Assembly (NCBI GenBank): GCA_964534375.1
Contig: CAZHPN010000005.1
Coordinates: 2,676-66,675 of the forward strand
DNA from: an uncultured bacterium
GTDB taxonomy: Bacteria; Lernaellota; Lernaellaia; Lernaellales; Lernaellaceae
Direction of reading: 5' to 3'
DNA length: 64,000 nt
The notes beneath the pieces were generated by a model that was not told the DNA's origin, ran no database searches, and worked only from the letters and a program-made list of their open reading frames with translations. Below are positions 1 to 8,995 of the stretch, piece by piece (the first letter of the stretch is position 1; the number at the start of each line of letters is the position of its first letter). The position numbers and the translations under genes are program-made.

Positions 1-1
1 G

Positions 2-1246
2 TGCGCCGTTTTCGCCGTCGTCTGTTGCCTCGCGGCCTGCACGCCGTATCACTTCACGTCGGCGACGGCCGTGCCGATCACGGGGGACGCCGTGCCCGAG
101 CTGAGCAGCCTGGATCACACGATGCAGAGCCTGATGTTGTCGTATGACATTCCCGGGGCGTCGCTCGCTGTTTCGTACAAAGGCCGGCTCGTGTACGCGC
201 GGGGCTTCGGCTACGCCGACCAGAGCACGTCGTCGTTCGTCCAACCGACCAGCACGTTCCGCCTCGCCAGCGTCACGAAAGTGATCACCGGCATGGCCGT
301 TTCCAAGCTCATCGAGGACGGCCAACTCAGCCTTGACGATGTCGTGTTCGGCCCCGACGGCATTCTGAACGACGAGATCTATCAGAATATCCAGGACCCG
401 CGCGTGCTCGACATCCAATTGTGGCATCTGCTGTCGCACACGTCCGGGTTCCCGGGCGAAGGGGCCGGCGATCCGCAATACGACTACGTAACCATCGCCG
501 ACGCCATGGGCGCGACGCCGCCCGCGAGCAACGCGACGATTCTGCAATACGTGCTTTCGCACATGCCGCTCGTGTTCGCGCCGGGCGCGCAATATCTCTA
601 TTCGAACGTGGGCTACAACGCGCTGGGCCGGATCATCGAGAAGACGACCGGCCAGACGTACGAAAATTACGTCCGTTCGCTGCTGGCGCAGATCGGCGTC
701 ACGGATATGTTCATCGCCGGCAGCCTCGAAAACGAACGCCGCGACGGCGAGGTGATTTATTACGATATGCCGTATTGCGTCGGCGACATGTACGACGGCT
801 CGGGGCGGCAGGTTCCCTGTTCGTACGGCACGATCTATTTTCCGACGATCGACTCGCACGGCGGCTGGATCGCCTCGCCGATCGACCTGTTGAAGTTCAC
901 CGCCGCCATCGACGGCTTCGGGAATCGCCCGAGCCTGCTGACGGCCGACACCATCGACGCGATGAAAGAAATTCCGGCCGGCATCACGGGCGCCCACGCC
1001 TACAACGGCTGGGGCATCGACGCGCACGACAATTGGTCGCACGCCGGCGCGCTGACGACGGGCACGGCCTCGCTCGTGTACCGAGGCTCGGATCAAATCG
1101 AATGGGCGATCGTCTTCGACCGGCTGCCGATGCGGCTCAATGGCGGCATGCAGGCGATCACGGCTTTCTTCAACACCATCACGGGCATCACGACGATCCT
1201 GGAGTCGACGGCGGCCTGGCCGGCGACGGATTTGTTCAATCAGTAG
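2..1246 (+). CDS. Serine hydrolase / beta-lactamase-family lipoprotein (5' end outside window)
   Basis: Frame 2 is open from window start. N-term ...VVCCLAAC is a lipobox signal. S-V-T-K (SxxK) active-site motif; length and composition typical of PF00144 class-C-like beta-lactamase/PBP family. Confidence 0.75.
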   Translation, partial: CAVFAVVCCLAACTPYHFTSATAVPITGDAVPELSSLDHTMQSLMLSYDIPGASLAVSYKGRLVYARGFGYADQSTSSFVQPTSTFRLASVTKVITGMAVSKLIEDGQLSLDDVVFGPDGILNDEIYQNIQDPRVLDIQLWHLLSHTSGFPGEGAGDPQYDYVTIADAMGATPPASNATILQYVLSHMPLVFAPGAQYLYSNVGYNALGRIIEKTTGQTYENYVRSLLAQIGVTDMFIAGSLENERRDGEVIYYDMPYCVGDMYDGSGRQVPCSYGTIYFPTIDSHGGWIASPIDLLKFTAAIDGFGNRPSLLTADTIDAMKEIPAGITGAHAYNGWGIDAHDNWSHAGALTTGTASLVYRGSDQIEWAIVFDRLPMRLNGGMQAITAFFNTITGITTILESTAAWPATDLFNQ

Positions 1247-1595
1247 GCTGCATCGATAAATTCGGCATCGCGAAGAATCGCGCGCCGGCACAACGCCCGC
1301 GAAGCGTCACGTTGAAGCTGTGAGAGCGCCCTTCCGGGCGCGATCCGAGAAAACGCGCCGCGAACGGCGCGCTTACATTGTCTCGATTCCCGCCGCCGCC
1401 CTCGCGGGGGGCAGGCTCTCCGCGGGAATGACGAATCGAGGGGCGAAGCCGCATGATCGCGGGGCACGCCGTCGTTCGTGAAACACCGAGAAAATCGGCA
1501 GTCTCCGAAGGTCGTTCTGGTTCCAGCAGGATGGCCAACCATGTTTATATTTCACACACATCAGACGGCTGGCGACAGAAACGGAGGCGACGCAA

Positions 1596-2549
1596 ATGAA
1601 AGCGGCCATTGCAGTCGAAGCGGGCAAGCCGCCGGTCTATGGAGATTTCAAAGAGCCTGTTCCCGGCGACGGCGAGGTACGCGTCAACGTCACGACGGCC
1701 GCGCTCAGCCCGCTGGTGAAAAGCCGGGCCGCCGGAACGCACTACAGTTCCGCGGCGGAATTGCCGCTCGTGGCCGGGGTCGACGGCGTAGGCCGCCTCG
1801 ATGACGGCCGCCGCGTGTATTTCTTCCTGCCGGCGCCGCCGTTCGGCAGCATGGCGGAACGGACCGTGGTGAGATCCGGGCAATGTGTGGCGTTGCCGGA
1901 TGGTTTGGACGACGTAACGGCCGCCGCGATCGCCAATCCGGGCATGTCGTCGTGGGCCGCCTTGAAGGAACGCGCGAAGCTCGCCGCGGGTGAGACGGTG
2001 CTGGTGAACGGCGCCACGGGCGCGGCCGGCCGCCTGGCGGTGCAGATCGCGAAACACCTCGGCGCCGGGAAGGTCATTGCGACGGGCCGGAACGTCGAGG
2101 TCCTGAAATCGCTCGCGGGCCTCGGCGCCGATGTCACAATTCCGCTGGTTGAAGACGGCGACTCGCTGGAAGAGGCTTTTCGGGCGCAGTTTGCGGTCGG
2201 GATCGATATTGTCGTCGATTACCTCTGGGGCCCGAGCGCCGAACGGCTGCTGATCGCGGGCGCCAAAGCCGGCAAGGACGCGCCGATCCGCTTCGTCCAA
2301 GTCGGCTCCGTCAGTGCGCCGGTCATCACGCTGCCGAGCGCGGCGCTGCGCGCCTCCGGCATTCAACTGATGGGCAGCGGCATCGGCGGCGTCCCGACGA
2401 ATCGCCTGGTGAAATCGATCGACGATTTGCTGCAAGCGACCGCGACGGGCCGGTTCACGATCGCCGCCAAAGCCGTCCCGCTCTCCGCAGTCGAAGAGAA
2501 CTGGTCAACGGCCGAAAACATGCCGCGCATCGTGTTCACGGTGGCCTGA
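1596..2549 (+). CDS. Zn-dependent alcohol dehydrogenase / NADPH:quinone oxidoreductase family (MDR)
   Basis: 317 aa. GxGxxG-like NAD(P) motif VNGATGAAGRLAVQIA; MDR-family architecture. RBS GGAGG upstream. Confidence 0.7.
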   Translation: MKAAIAVEAGKPPVYGDFKEPVPGDGEVRVNVTTAALSPLVKSRAAGTHYSSAAELPLVAGVDGVGRLDDGRRVYFFLPAPPFGSMAERTVVRSGQCVALPDGLDDVTAAAIANPGMSSWAALKERAKLAAGETVLVNGATGAAGRLAVQIAKHLGAGKVIATGRNVEVLKSLAGLGADVTIPLVEDGDSLEEAFRAQFAVGIDIVVDYLWGPSAERLLIAGAKAGKDAPIRFVQVGSVSAPVITLPSAALRASGIQLMGSGIGGVPTNRLVKSIDDLLQATATGRFTIAAKAVPLSAVEENWSTAENMPRIVFTVA

Positions 2550-2607
2550 CGACGGCGCCGCTCTGCCGCATAGGTTTCAGATGCTGCGACGATCGCCGCG
2601 CTACGGG

Positions 2608-4119
2608 TTATTTTTTCGGCGCGTCGTCGTCCGGGTGGTAGTGCTCGGCGCGGAATTTCTTGGCCATCGCCTGCGAGCCGCCGTAATCCGCGCCGACGGC
2701 GAGGGCCTTGTCGTATTCGGCCACCGCCAGATCGGGCTTGTGCAAGGCGTCGTAACACATGCCCGTGAAGATATGCGCCCAAGTGTCGGTCGTCGGCTTA
2801 AGGCTGCCGCCCTTGCCAGCGATCGAGCGCTGCATCATCGGAATCGCGTCTTGATAACGCTTGAGGCCGAAATACGCCTGGCCGAGCAGGAACAACTTCT
2901 GGCTGTCGTCCGGCGTCTTTTGCACTGCATTTTCGAGCCCGCGCATGGCTTTGTCCAGCATGCCGATTTCGAGGTATGAGGCGGCCAAATGCTCTTCCGC
3001 CAGTTCCGACGCTGTCGCCAGGTCGGCCCTTTTTTCGCCGAACACGAAAAAACCCGCGTCCACCGTCTTGGCCGCAAACCCGGTCAACTTGATGCCGAAC
3101 GGCCAGGCGTTCGAACCGCCGGGCTGCATGAAATTGAACGTCTGGGACACGCCCGTCTTTTTCGAAACGATCGCAATGTTCTCGCCGGCGAAAACCTCAA
3201 GCCGATTGGGATAAAGATTGCCGTAAAGGAACGCCCAATCGGAACCGGCGAAGCCGCGCGAAACCATGAAGTTTTTGACCTGCTCGGGGCTCTCCTGGCC
3301 CTTCGAGCCGTTCTTGACGAGTTGCGCGACGGAGGTGTCGACGGGGACCCACCCGTACGGCGGCAGAAAAATCTCCGCCCACATGTGACCGCCGCCCTGA
3401 AACCAGTTGGCGGCTACGCCGCGCGCCGGCACGCCGAGCGAGCGCATCATCGCGATGTAGATATGACTGAACTCGCCGCAATCGCCGCGCAGCCGCGGGA
3501 AACATTTGACGACGCCGCGCGATAGGACGTCCGGGTAATCGTAGGTGAGGTTCTCGACGACCCAATCGAAAACGAGCCGCCCCTGCCGATACGGGTTGGT
3601 TTCCGCGCCGACGATTTCCCGCGCTTTTTTCGCGATCTCGGGCGTGATTTCGACCCACGGCTCCGAGACGGTGAAGCGCCGGGCCTCGGGCGAATCGGCC
3701 GCCGCCCGCTGCACTTTCTGCGGATCGATGTGAAACACGACCGGCGTGTTTTCCACCGTGAAGTCGTAGTGAAAAACGAGCGACGCGCCGGGCAGCGGAT
3801 TGTTGACGACCCACAGGACGACGCGATTGCCCGCCACGGGGTCTTCGATGATGTCCGCCGGCGGCGGCACGATCTCGCCGATGCTGACGTGCTGGCCCGG
3901 CCGTTCCAGCGGCAACGCCGCCCACAGCGTCACGCTCGCCGGCTGGCCGGGCTGCGTGGCGATATTGTCGACAACATACCAATACCGGCCCTCGTGGCGG
4001 CTGCCCGCGGCGGCGCCGGCCGTCTCCGGATCGGACGCCGCGGACGCCGCGCCAGCGACCATCGCCAAGACCGCCGTCGCCCACAGCGCCGCGCGCACGA
4101 AATACGTGGTTCTGCTCAT
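2608..4119 (-). CDS. Secreted transglutaminase-like cysteine protease domain protein with C-terminal TPR repeats
   Basis: 503 aa. N-terminal signal peptide; transglutaminase core Cys region RLRGDCGEFSHIYIAMMRSLGVPAR; C-terminal TPR-like repeats (AYFGLKRYQDAI..). Confidence 0.7.
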   Translation of the reverse strand: MSRTTYFVRAALWATAVLAMVAGAASAASDPETAGAAAGSRHEGRYWYVVDNIATQPGQPASVTLWAALPLERPGQHVSIGEIVPPPADIIEDPVAGNRVVLWVVNNPLPGASLVFHYDFTVENTPVVFHIDPQKVQRAAADSPEARRFTVSEPWVEITPEIAKKAREIVGAETNPYRQGRLVFDWVVENLTYDYPDVLSRGVVKCFPRLRGDCGEFSHIYIAMMRSLGVPARGVAANWFQGGGHMWAEIFLPPYGWVPVDTSVAQLVKNGSKGQESPEQVKNFMVSRGFAGSDWAFLYGNLYPNRLEVFAGENIAIVSKKTGVSQTFNFMQPGGSNAWPFGIKLTGFAAKTVDAGFFVFGEKRADLATASELAEEHLAASYLEIGMLDKAMRGLENAVQKTPDDSQKLFLLGQAYFGLKRYQDAIPMMQRSIAGKGGSLKPTTDTWAHIFTGMCYDALHKPDLAVAEYDKALAVGADYGGSQAMAKKFRAEHYHPDDDAPKK

Positions 4120-4256
4120 GATTGGCCTCCGTTAAATATTGCGACGATGACGTTCTTACGTGAAGGCCGCCAAGATTTCAACGGCTGACATATCTCGCCG
4201 TCGCAGTGGGCCCCGCGATAAAAGGATGAAATTCCGGCCGGACAGCCAGCGACTCG

Positions 4257-5108
4257 TCAGCCGGCGGCATTCATCTCGCGGCGGACATATTCCGCGAAGG
4301 TGGTCGGCGGGCGGCCGAGCAACCAGGTCAACACATTGGCATTTCCGAAGATCCCATGGCGGCCATAATATTCGAACAGCCGCCGCATGCCGTCTTTTTG
4401 GTGATCGCCCGACGCCGCGATCGCGCCGAACGACAAGAAGTTCTCGAGCGGCAACCGTCGCGCCTCGACGGGGCGGCCCGACTCGCGGCTGATGACGGCC
4501 GCCAACTCGACGCCGGACAAATGATCGTTCCCGCACAGTTCGTACGTGGCGCCGAAGTGCCCGTCTTCCGTCAGCGCCTTGACCGCGACCTCGGCCGCGT
4601 CGGCGAGATCGACGTGGGACAGCCGGCGGTCGAGATCGATCATCTGCCACAGCACGCCGCTCTGAACGACGTCGCGAACGCGAATGTTCTGCATGTAGTG
4701 CATCGGCTGCAGCACCGTGTAATTCAAACCGGACTCGAGGAGATGTTCTTCGACGGGTAGTTTCGCCCGGTGATTGACCAGCGCGCCGAGCTGCGGGTGG
4801 ATGACGGAAAAGTACACGAAGCGTTCGACCTGCGCCGCGACCGCGGCGTCAATGACCGCCTTCCCCATTTCGGTCTCGTGCGGGTGGAACGGCGGGCCGA
4901 CGTGCACGACGGCGCGCACCCCGGCCATCGCTTTCGCGAGCCCCGGCGCGTCGAGCAGGTCGCCGGCCATGACTTCCTCCGCGCCCAGGCTCTTCAAATC
5001 CGCGGCGTCCTGCGTATGAACGAAGGCCCGCACTTGTTCGCCGACGGCCGCGAGCTGCGGGATGACGTGCCGGCCGGTCTTGCCGTTCGCAGCCGTGATC
5101 AGAATCAT
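4257..5108 (-). CDS. NmrA-like NAD(P)-binding (atypical SDR) protein
   Basis: 283 aa. N-terminal MILITAANGKTGRHV Rossmann motif (GxxGxxG variant), NmrA-like length. Confidence 0.7.
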   Translation of the reverse strand: MILITAANGKTGRHVIPQLAAVGEQVRAFVHTQDAADLKSLGAEEVMAGDLLDAPGLAKAMAGVRAVVHVGPPFHPHETEMGKAVIDAAVAAQVERFVYFSVIHPQLGALVNHRAKLPVEEHLLESGLNYTVLQPMHYMQNIRVRDVVQSGVLWQMIDLDRRLSHVDLADAAEVAVKALTEDGHFGATYELCGNDHLSGVELAAVISRESGRPVEARRLPLENFLSFGAIAASGDHQKDGMRRLFEYYGRHGIFGNANVLTWLLGRPPTTFAEYVRREMNAAG

Positions 5109-5385
5109 CAGATCTCCCTCCGCTGTTTTGTTTTCGGCAAGTTAGTCACTTTCAGCGCCGATGGAAAGACTTCGCGCGTGGAAACGCCGCGCCGTCGCGG
5201 GCGAAAACGCGTCCGAAAGGCGCCCCGACATCGTCCAATCGAGGCCGAACTAGTGGAATCAGCAACGGTTTATTGCAAATAGTAATCGGTTGCATTTTTA
5301 TCTTGATTTTTGCTGCCGAGCTGTCGTACCATGCATTCGTCGCGCTTTTCATGTGAGGGTCTTCTGGAATAAGGAAGGCTTGGAC

Positions 5386-7101
5386 ATGAAACGAGCGCAC
5401 TGGTTACTGCCTCTCGGTGTCTTCCTCGTCATACTTGCGTTGAGCGGCGTCAGTCACGCCGGCGTCGCCAGCCTGCACAGCGGCTTCGCGACCTACCAAA
5501 GCAACGAGGGCTGCAGCGGCGACGACGACGACGACAATGACGACAACGACGACGACAACTCCGACGACGACGACAACGACGACAACGACAACGACGACAA
5601 CGACGATAACGACAACGACGACAACGACGATAACGACAACGACGACAACGACGACGACAATGACGCAGCGCCGAATTACTCGCCGAGCGTGAGATTCGGC
5701 GTCACCGACTTCGACTACTACTACGACCTCGGCGGCTACACGGGCGCGGTCTTCTACGCCGACCAACTCTGGGTCGCCAGTCACGTGCAACTTGGCATTA
5801 TCGGCACGTGCGACGACGGCACGCTGCAGACGTGGCAGCAAATCGCCAAGGACAACCCCGTGGGCACGTGGCTCAACTGGCGGCCGCCGCAGGTTTACTA
5901 CACCTACGAAGCCACCGGCACTTGCGCCGCGCCGACAATCGGCCCGCAGTACCCGGATTGGGCGACAGACACCGCGGACTTCAACGGCTTCCTCGCGGCC
6001 TATCCGGAATATGGCGACGGCGAGACCTGCTTCCTGCACGCGCAAAACGACGGCCAAATCCAGGCCACGTGGCAGCCGATGGGCAACTGCCCGATCGTCA
6101 TCCAGCAGCCGGGTTTGGACGGCAGCGCCAACGGCGTGATGAAGGCCGCGCGCATTCAAACCCTCATCTGGGACGGCTACTCGTGGCTGTTCGACATGAA
6201 TTCGGCCTGCGCGCAGCAGTACACCTCATGGCGGACGCTGCAAGATATTCAAACATTGGGCTTCAACGGCGAAGGCTTCGACAATCTCGGCAGCCCGCCC
6301 GAGGACGGCTACAGCATTCCGGTGCTCTTGGACCCGATCAACATCATGGAAATCCCGGCCGATGAACAAACCTCGCAAGCCGGGTTGGACACCTACTGGC
6401 AGAATGCGGTGCACTCGTTCCTGGTGGGCGTCCGCGCCAAAACGGTGGCCGTGGAACCGAACGCCCAGTTCGTCTTCAACGGCGCCAGCTACTGCAGTTG
6501 GAGCGGCTCGAACGCCCGCATCGCCGCCCTGGCGACCGAGGGCGTCGGGGTCTGGTGCGAAGAGGCGCTGACCTACCCGGTGTGGGGCCCGTTCGGCACC
6601 TCCGATCGGCAACAGACGATGATCACGCTCTCCCAGGCGCTGAACGCCGAAGGCAGCTATCTGGCGTTGGAAACGTTTTACAATTCGGGCAACACCAACC
6701 CCGATCCGCCGGAGACCCTGTTCTATCTGGCCGCGTATTACAACTTCAAGAACGGCACGGATGCGTTCATCGTGCGGCCGACCTGGTCCACCTACTCGCC
6801 GATGGAGGACTGCACGTGGTCCGACATCTTCTCGCGCGACATCGGTTCGCCGACCTGTGACTCGACGGCCGGCGCCAACGGCATCTTCACCCGCAGTTAT
6901 CAAAACTCGCAGGGCATGCAGACGTTTGTGCTGGTTCGCGCCGACGGCACGAACGCGACGGTGGACTACACGCTGACGAAAGATTACTGCAGCGTGAACT
7001 CGGACAATTCGCTGACGGCGATGCCGGCGGGGACGATCTCCGTTCCCAGCGGCCTGGGACTCATTCTGATCGTGAATGGCGCCGGCGGTGTGAGCTGCTG
7101 A
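5386..7101 (+). CDS. Secreted hypothetical protein with a 48-residue poly-Asp/Asn linker after the signal peptide
   Basis: ATG 5386 preceded by AAGGAAGG RBS; signal peptide MKRAHWLLPLGVFLVILALSGVSHA; residues ~46-93 are almost pure D/N (DDDDDNDDNDDDNSDDDDNDDNDN...). C-terminal ~470 aa Cys/Trp/Tyr-rich domain of unknown fold. Confidence 0.6.
   Translation: MKRAHWLLPLGVFLVILALSGVSHAGVASLHSGFATYQSNEGCSGDDDDDNDDNDDDNSDDDDNDDNDNDDNDDNDNDDNDDNDNDDNDDDNDAAPNYSPSVRFGVTDFDYYYDLGGYTGAVFYADQLWVASHVQLGIIGTCDDGTLQTWQQIAKDNPVGTWLNWRPPQVYYTYEATGTCAAPTIGPQYPDWATDTADFNGFLAAYPEYGDGETCFLHAQNDGQIQATWQPMGNCPIVIQQPGLDGSANGVMKAARIQTLIWDGYSWLFDMNSACAQQYTSWRTLQDIQTLGFNGEGFDNLGSPPEDGYSIPVLLDPINIMEIPADEQTSQAGLDTYWQNAVHSFLVGVRAKTVAVEPNAQFVFNGASYCSWSGSNARIAALATEGVGVWCEEALTYPVWGPFGTSDRQQTMITLSQALNAEGSYLALETFYNSGNTNPDPPETLFYLAAYYNFKNGTDAFIVRPTWSTYSPMEDCTWSDIFSRDIGSPTCDSTAGANGIFTRSYQNSQGMQTFVLVRADGTNATVDYTLTKDYCSVNSDNSLTAMPAGTISVPSGLGLILIVNGAGGVSC
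5521..5665 (+). repeat. GAC/AAC trinucleotide tandem repeat encoding poly-Asp/Asn
   Basis: ~48 consecutive GAC/GAT/AAC/AAT codons. Confidence 0.9.
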
Positions 7102-7110
7102 TGTTTTGAA

Positions 7111-7141
7111 CACGCGCCGCCGACGCCGTCGGCGGCGCGTG
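7111..7141 (+). terminator. GC-rich perfect hairpin downstream of the 5386..7101 gene (terminator-like, no U-tract)
   Basis: CACGCGCCGCCGACG-C-CGTCGGCGGCGCGTG, 15-nt arms that are perfect reverse complements, 10 nt after the TGA stop. Confidence 0.4.
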
Positions 7142-7359
7142 ACTTGGTCAAGTTGGCTGCGTGGTAGGGGCTCCGCTTCGGTCGATCGGCCGGAACGGGG
7201 CCCCGACGTTTATGGAAATAACGACGCGCGCCCAACTCACGGCGAGAGCGGCTCATCGGCTTGACGCCCTGGTCCCAACCAGCGTATATTTTCCCCGTCG
7301 ATCATGTTTCTTGAAAATGTCGACCGCCTCGGAGAGAGGCGCGACTGGACAAAACGGCA

Positions 7360-7857
7360 ATGAATTGGACCAGCGCAAACTGGCGACGACAAGCGGGCTT
7401 CACGGCGATCGAGGTCGCCGCATCGGTGTTGTTTATCTCGGTGCTGATTGCCGTGCTCGTGAATCGAATTCTCCCCCACGTCCAAAAGCAGATCGATATC
7501 TTGGCGGCGCTCGACCAGATCCGCCAATTGCAAAAACAAGCGATGCTTCATTATCTCGACAAGAATGCGGCGCCGGATGCCACAACCGTGAACGCCTTAT
7601 TCGGCGACGGCGACGAAGGCAAGTCCATCGCCGGTAAGTTCAGGATCTTCCGCGTTTTCAATGACCACTACCCCCCGCAGCAGGCAATCAACGGATACCG
7701 GCCGGAGAACTACATCATTTGCAGCACCTATCCACTCCCCGGCGCGGCATATGTTTATGCGTTGGACGATGTGCCGCCGCAGGTCGCGGCCGCCGGAACC
7801 GATCCCGTGGGCGAACGCCGGTGCGGCACGGACATCGGCCTCGCCGACGCCGAGTGA
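7360..7857 (+). CDS. Type IV pilin / pseudopilin-like protein (prepilin-type N-terminal cleavage-methylation domain)
   Basis: N-term MNWTSANWRRQAGFTAIEVAASVLFISVLIAVLV has the class-III signal G|FTxIE followed by a hydrophobic helix. Confidence 0.6.
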   Translation: MNWTSANWRRQAGFTAIEVAASVLFISVLIAVLVNRILPHVQKQIDILAALDQIRQLQKQAMLHYLDKNAAPDATTVNALFGDGDEGKSIAGKFRIFRVFNDHYPPQQAINGYRPENYIICSTYPLPGAAYVYALDDVPPQVAAAGTDPVGERRCGTDIGLADAE

Positions 7858-7887
7858 GACAAATTTCCGTCGCGGATTGCCGAGCAG

Positions 7888-8397
7888 ATGGCCTGGATTG
7901 AGACGCCTTGGGGGCGGATCGGCGCCCCGGACGATATTCCGCTGGAGTTCGCCTGCGAGCGTTGCGGAACCTGCTGCCGGGCGTTCTTCCTCAGCGTGAC
8001 CGACGAAACGCTTGCCGAGTGGCGCGACCGGCTCGACCGCGGCGACGCGGCCGGCCTGCCGCCGGATCTCGATGCCGTGCTGGAATTGTTCACCCCGCTG
8101 GCCGAGCCGCCGCCGACCCCCGAGGGCTCGTGGTACGCCTGCCGCGCGTTCGACCCGGACCGCAACCTGTGCCGCCTCGTGGCGGAAAATCCGGTCCGGC
8201 GGCCGCAGGCGTGCTTCGCGTTTCCGTATGTCTACGACTGGGCGTCGCTGCACGAGGTTCCGTATCCGAATTGCGGGATCGTGCGGCGCACGGTGCGGCA
8301 TCTGGGCGGCCGGCTCGGGGCGAATTTGGCGAGATCCGTTTTCAACACAAAGGGCACGGAGGAAGACACAGAGAGCACAGAGACTATTGACTATTGA
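7888..8397 (+). CDS. YkgJ/UPF0153-family putative Fe-S/zinc cluster protein
   Basis: CERCGTCCRAFF matches the CxxCxxCC motif of the YkgJ family; 169 aa. Confidence 0.55.
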   Translation: MAWIETPWGRIGAPDDIPLEFACERCGTCCRAFFLSVTDETLAEWRDRLDRGDAAGLPPDLDAVLELFTPLAEPPPTPEGSWYACRAFDPDRNLCRLVAENPVRRPQACFAFPYVYDWASLHEVPYPNCGIVRRTVRHLGGRLGANLARSVFNTKGTEEDTESTETIDY

Positions 8398-8472
8398 TGT
8401 GATATCTGGGGGTTGATTTTTTCAGAGCGAAGACGCCCCTCGACGCCGATCGGGGCAGGCCCCGACCGCCAA

Positions 8473-8504
8473 GCCCGAACCCCGAATCCCGAATCCCGAA
8501 CCCA
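8473..8504. repeat. Short tandem repeat (CCCGAAY heptamers)
   Basis: cccgaaccccgaatcccgaatcccgaaccc in an intergenic region; a related inverted copy lies inside the prophage at 39776..39842. Confidence 0.7.
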
Positions 8505-8570
8505 GTCCTCTACGATCTCTGTGCCTCTGTGGTGAAAAATTATTCTCCGCAGTATAGCTTTTGGCGGCGC

Positions 8571-8915
8571 CTAATTCAGCCGGCGGAAAAATCGCTCGAT
8601 CTGAAACTGCACCGCGCGGGCGCCCTCGGCGGTTGCCGCCATCTCCGCCGGGCGTTGGTTTTCAAGCGCCGGATTCGGCGTGTTCATCCAGGTGGCGGCG
8701 GACGCCGCGGAACCGCCGAAGACCGCGGCGAGCATCTCCAGGCTCTCCAGCGACAATCCGGGGAATTTGATTTTCAGATCCATCAGGGCGTCCTGTCGGA
8801 CGCGCCAACGCGAGTCGTCGTCGCGATAGCGCTCGCCCCGCCGGTCCAGGAACCGTTTGACTTCGAGAAAAAACTCCGCCCGCAGAATGGCGGCGACGGC
8901 CTGCATGCTGGTCAT
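8571..8915 (-). CDS. Hypothetical protein
   Basis: 114-aa ORF with normal composition. The overlapping + strand ORF is Arg-rich and looks like a high-GC artefact. Confidence 0.3.
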   Translation of the reverse strand: MTSMQAVAAILRAEFFLEVKRFLDRRGERYRDDDSRWRVRQDALMDLKIKFPGLSLESLEMLAAVFGGSAASAATWMNTPNPALENQRPAEMAATAEGARAVQFQIERFFRRLN

Positions 8916-8995
8916 GGATCCTCTCCCTCTCCTCGCTCGTTCTCAATGTAACCCCGAATCCAGGCCAATGCGGCGCGGCGAAGCCGCCGGGATCG

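Noticed and set aside
5109-5385. Possible sigma70-like promoter (TTGCAA ... TTTTAT) in the divergent region between the NmrA-like and D/N-linker protein genes.
   Set aside because: Spacing and -10 match are poor. The promoter consensus for this lineage is unknown, so it is not reported as a feature.
5521-5665. Considered whether the GAC/AAC repeat tracts here, at 34259..34345, at 51091..51225 and at 59746..59835 could be CRISPR-like or minisatellite arrays.
   Set aside because: They are in-frame trinucleotide repeats inside ORFs that encode poly-Asp/Asn. There is no repeat-spacer structure.
8529-8951. 140-aa + strand ORF overlapping 8571..8915 (-).
   Set aside because: Its composition (RRRxRR runs) is that of a GC artefact, so the minus-strand ORF was preferred, though it is itself low-confidence.
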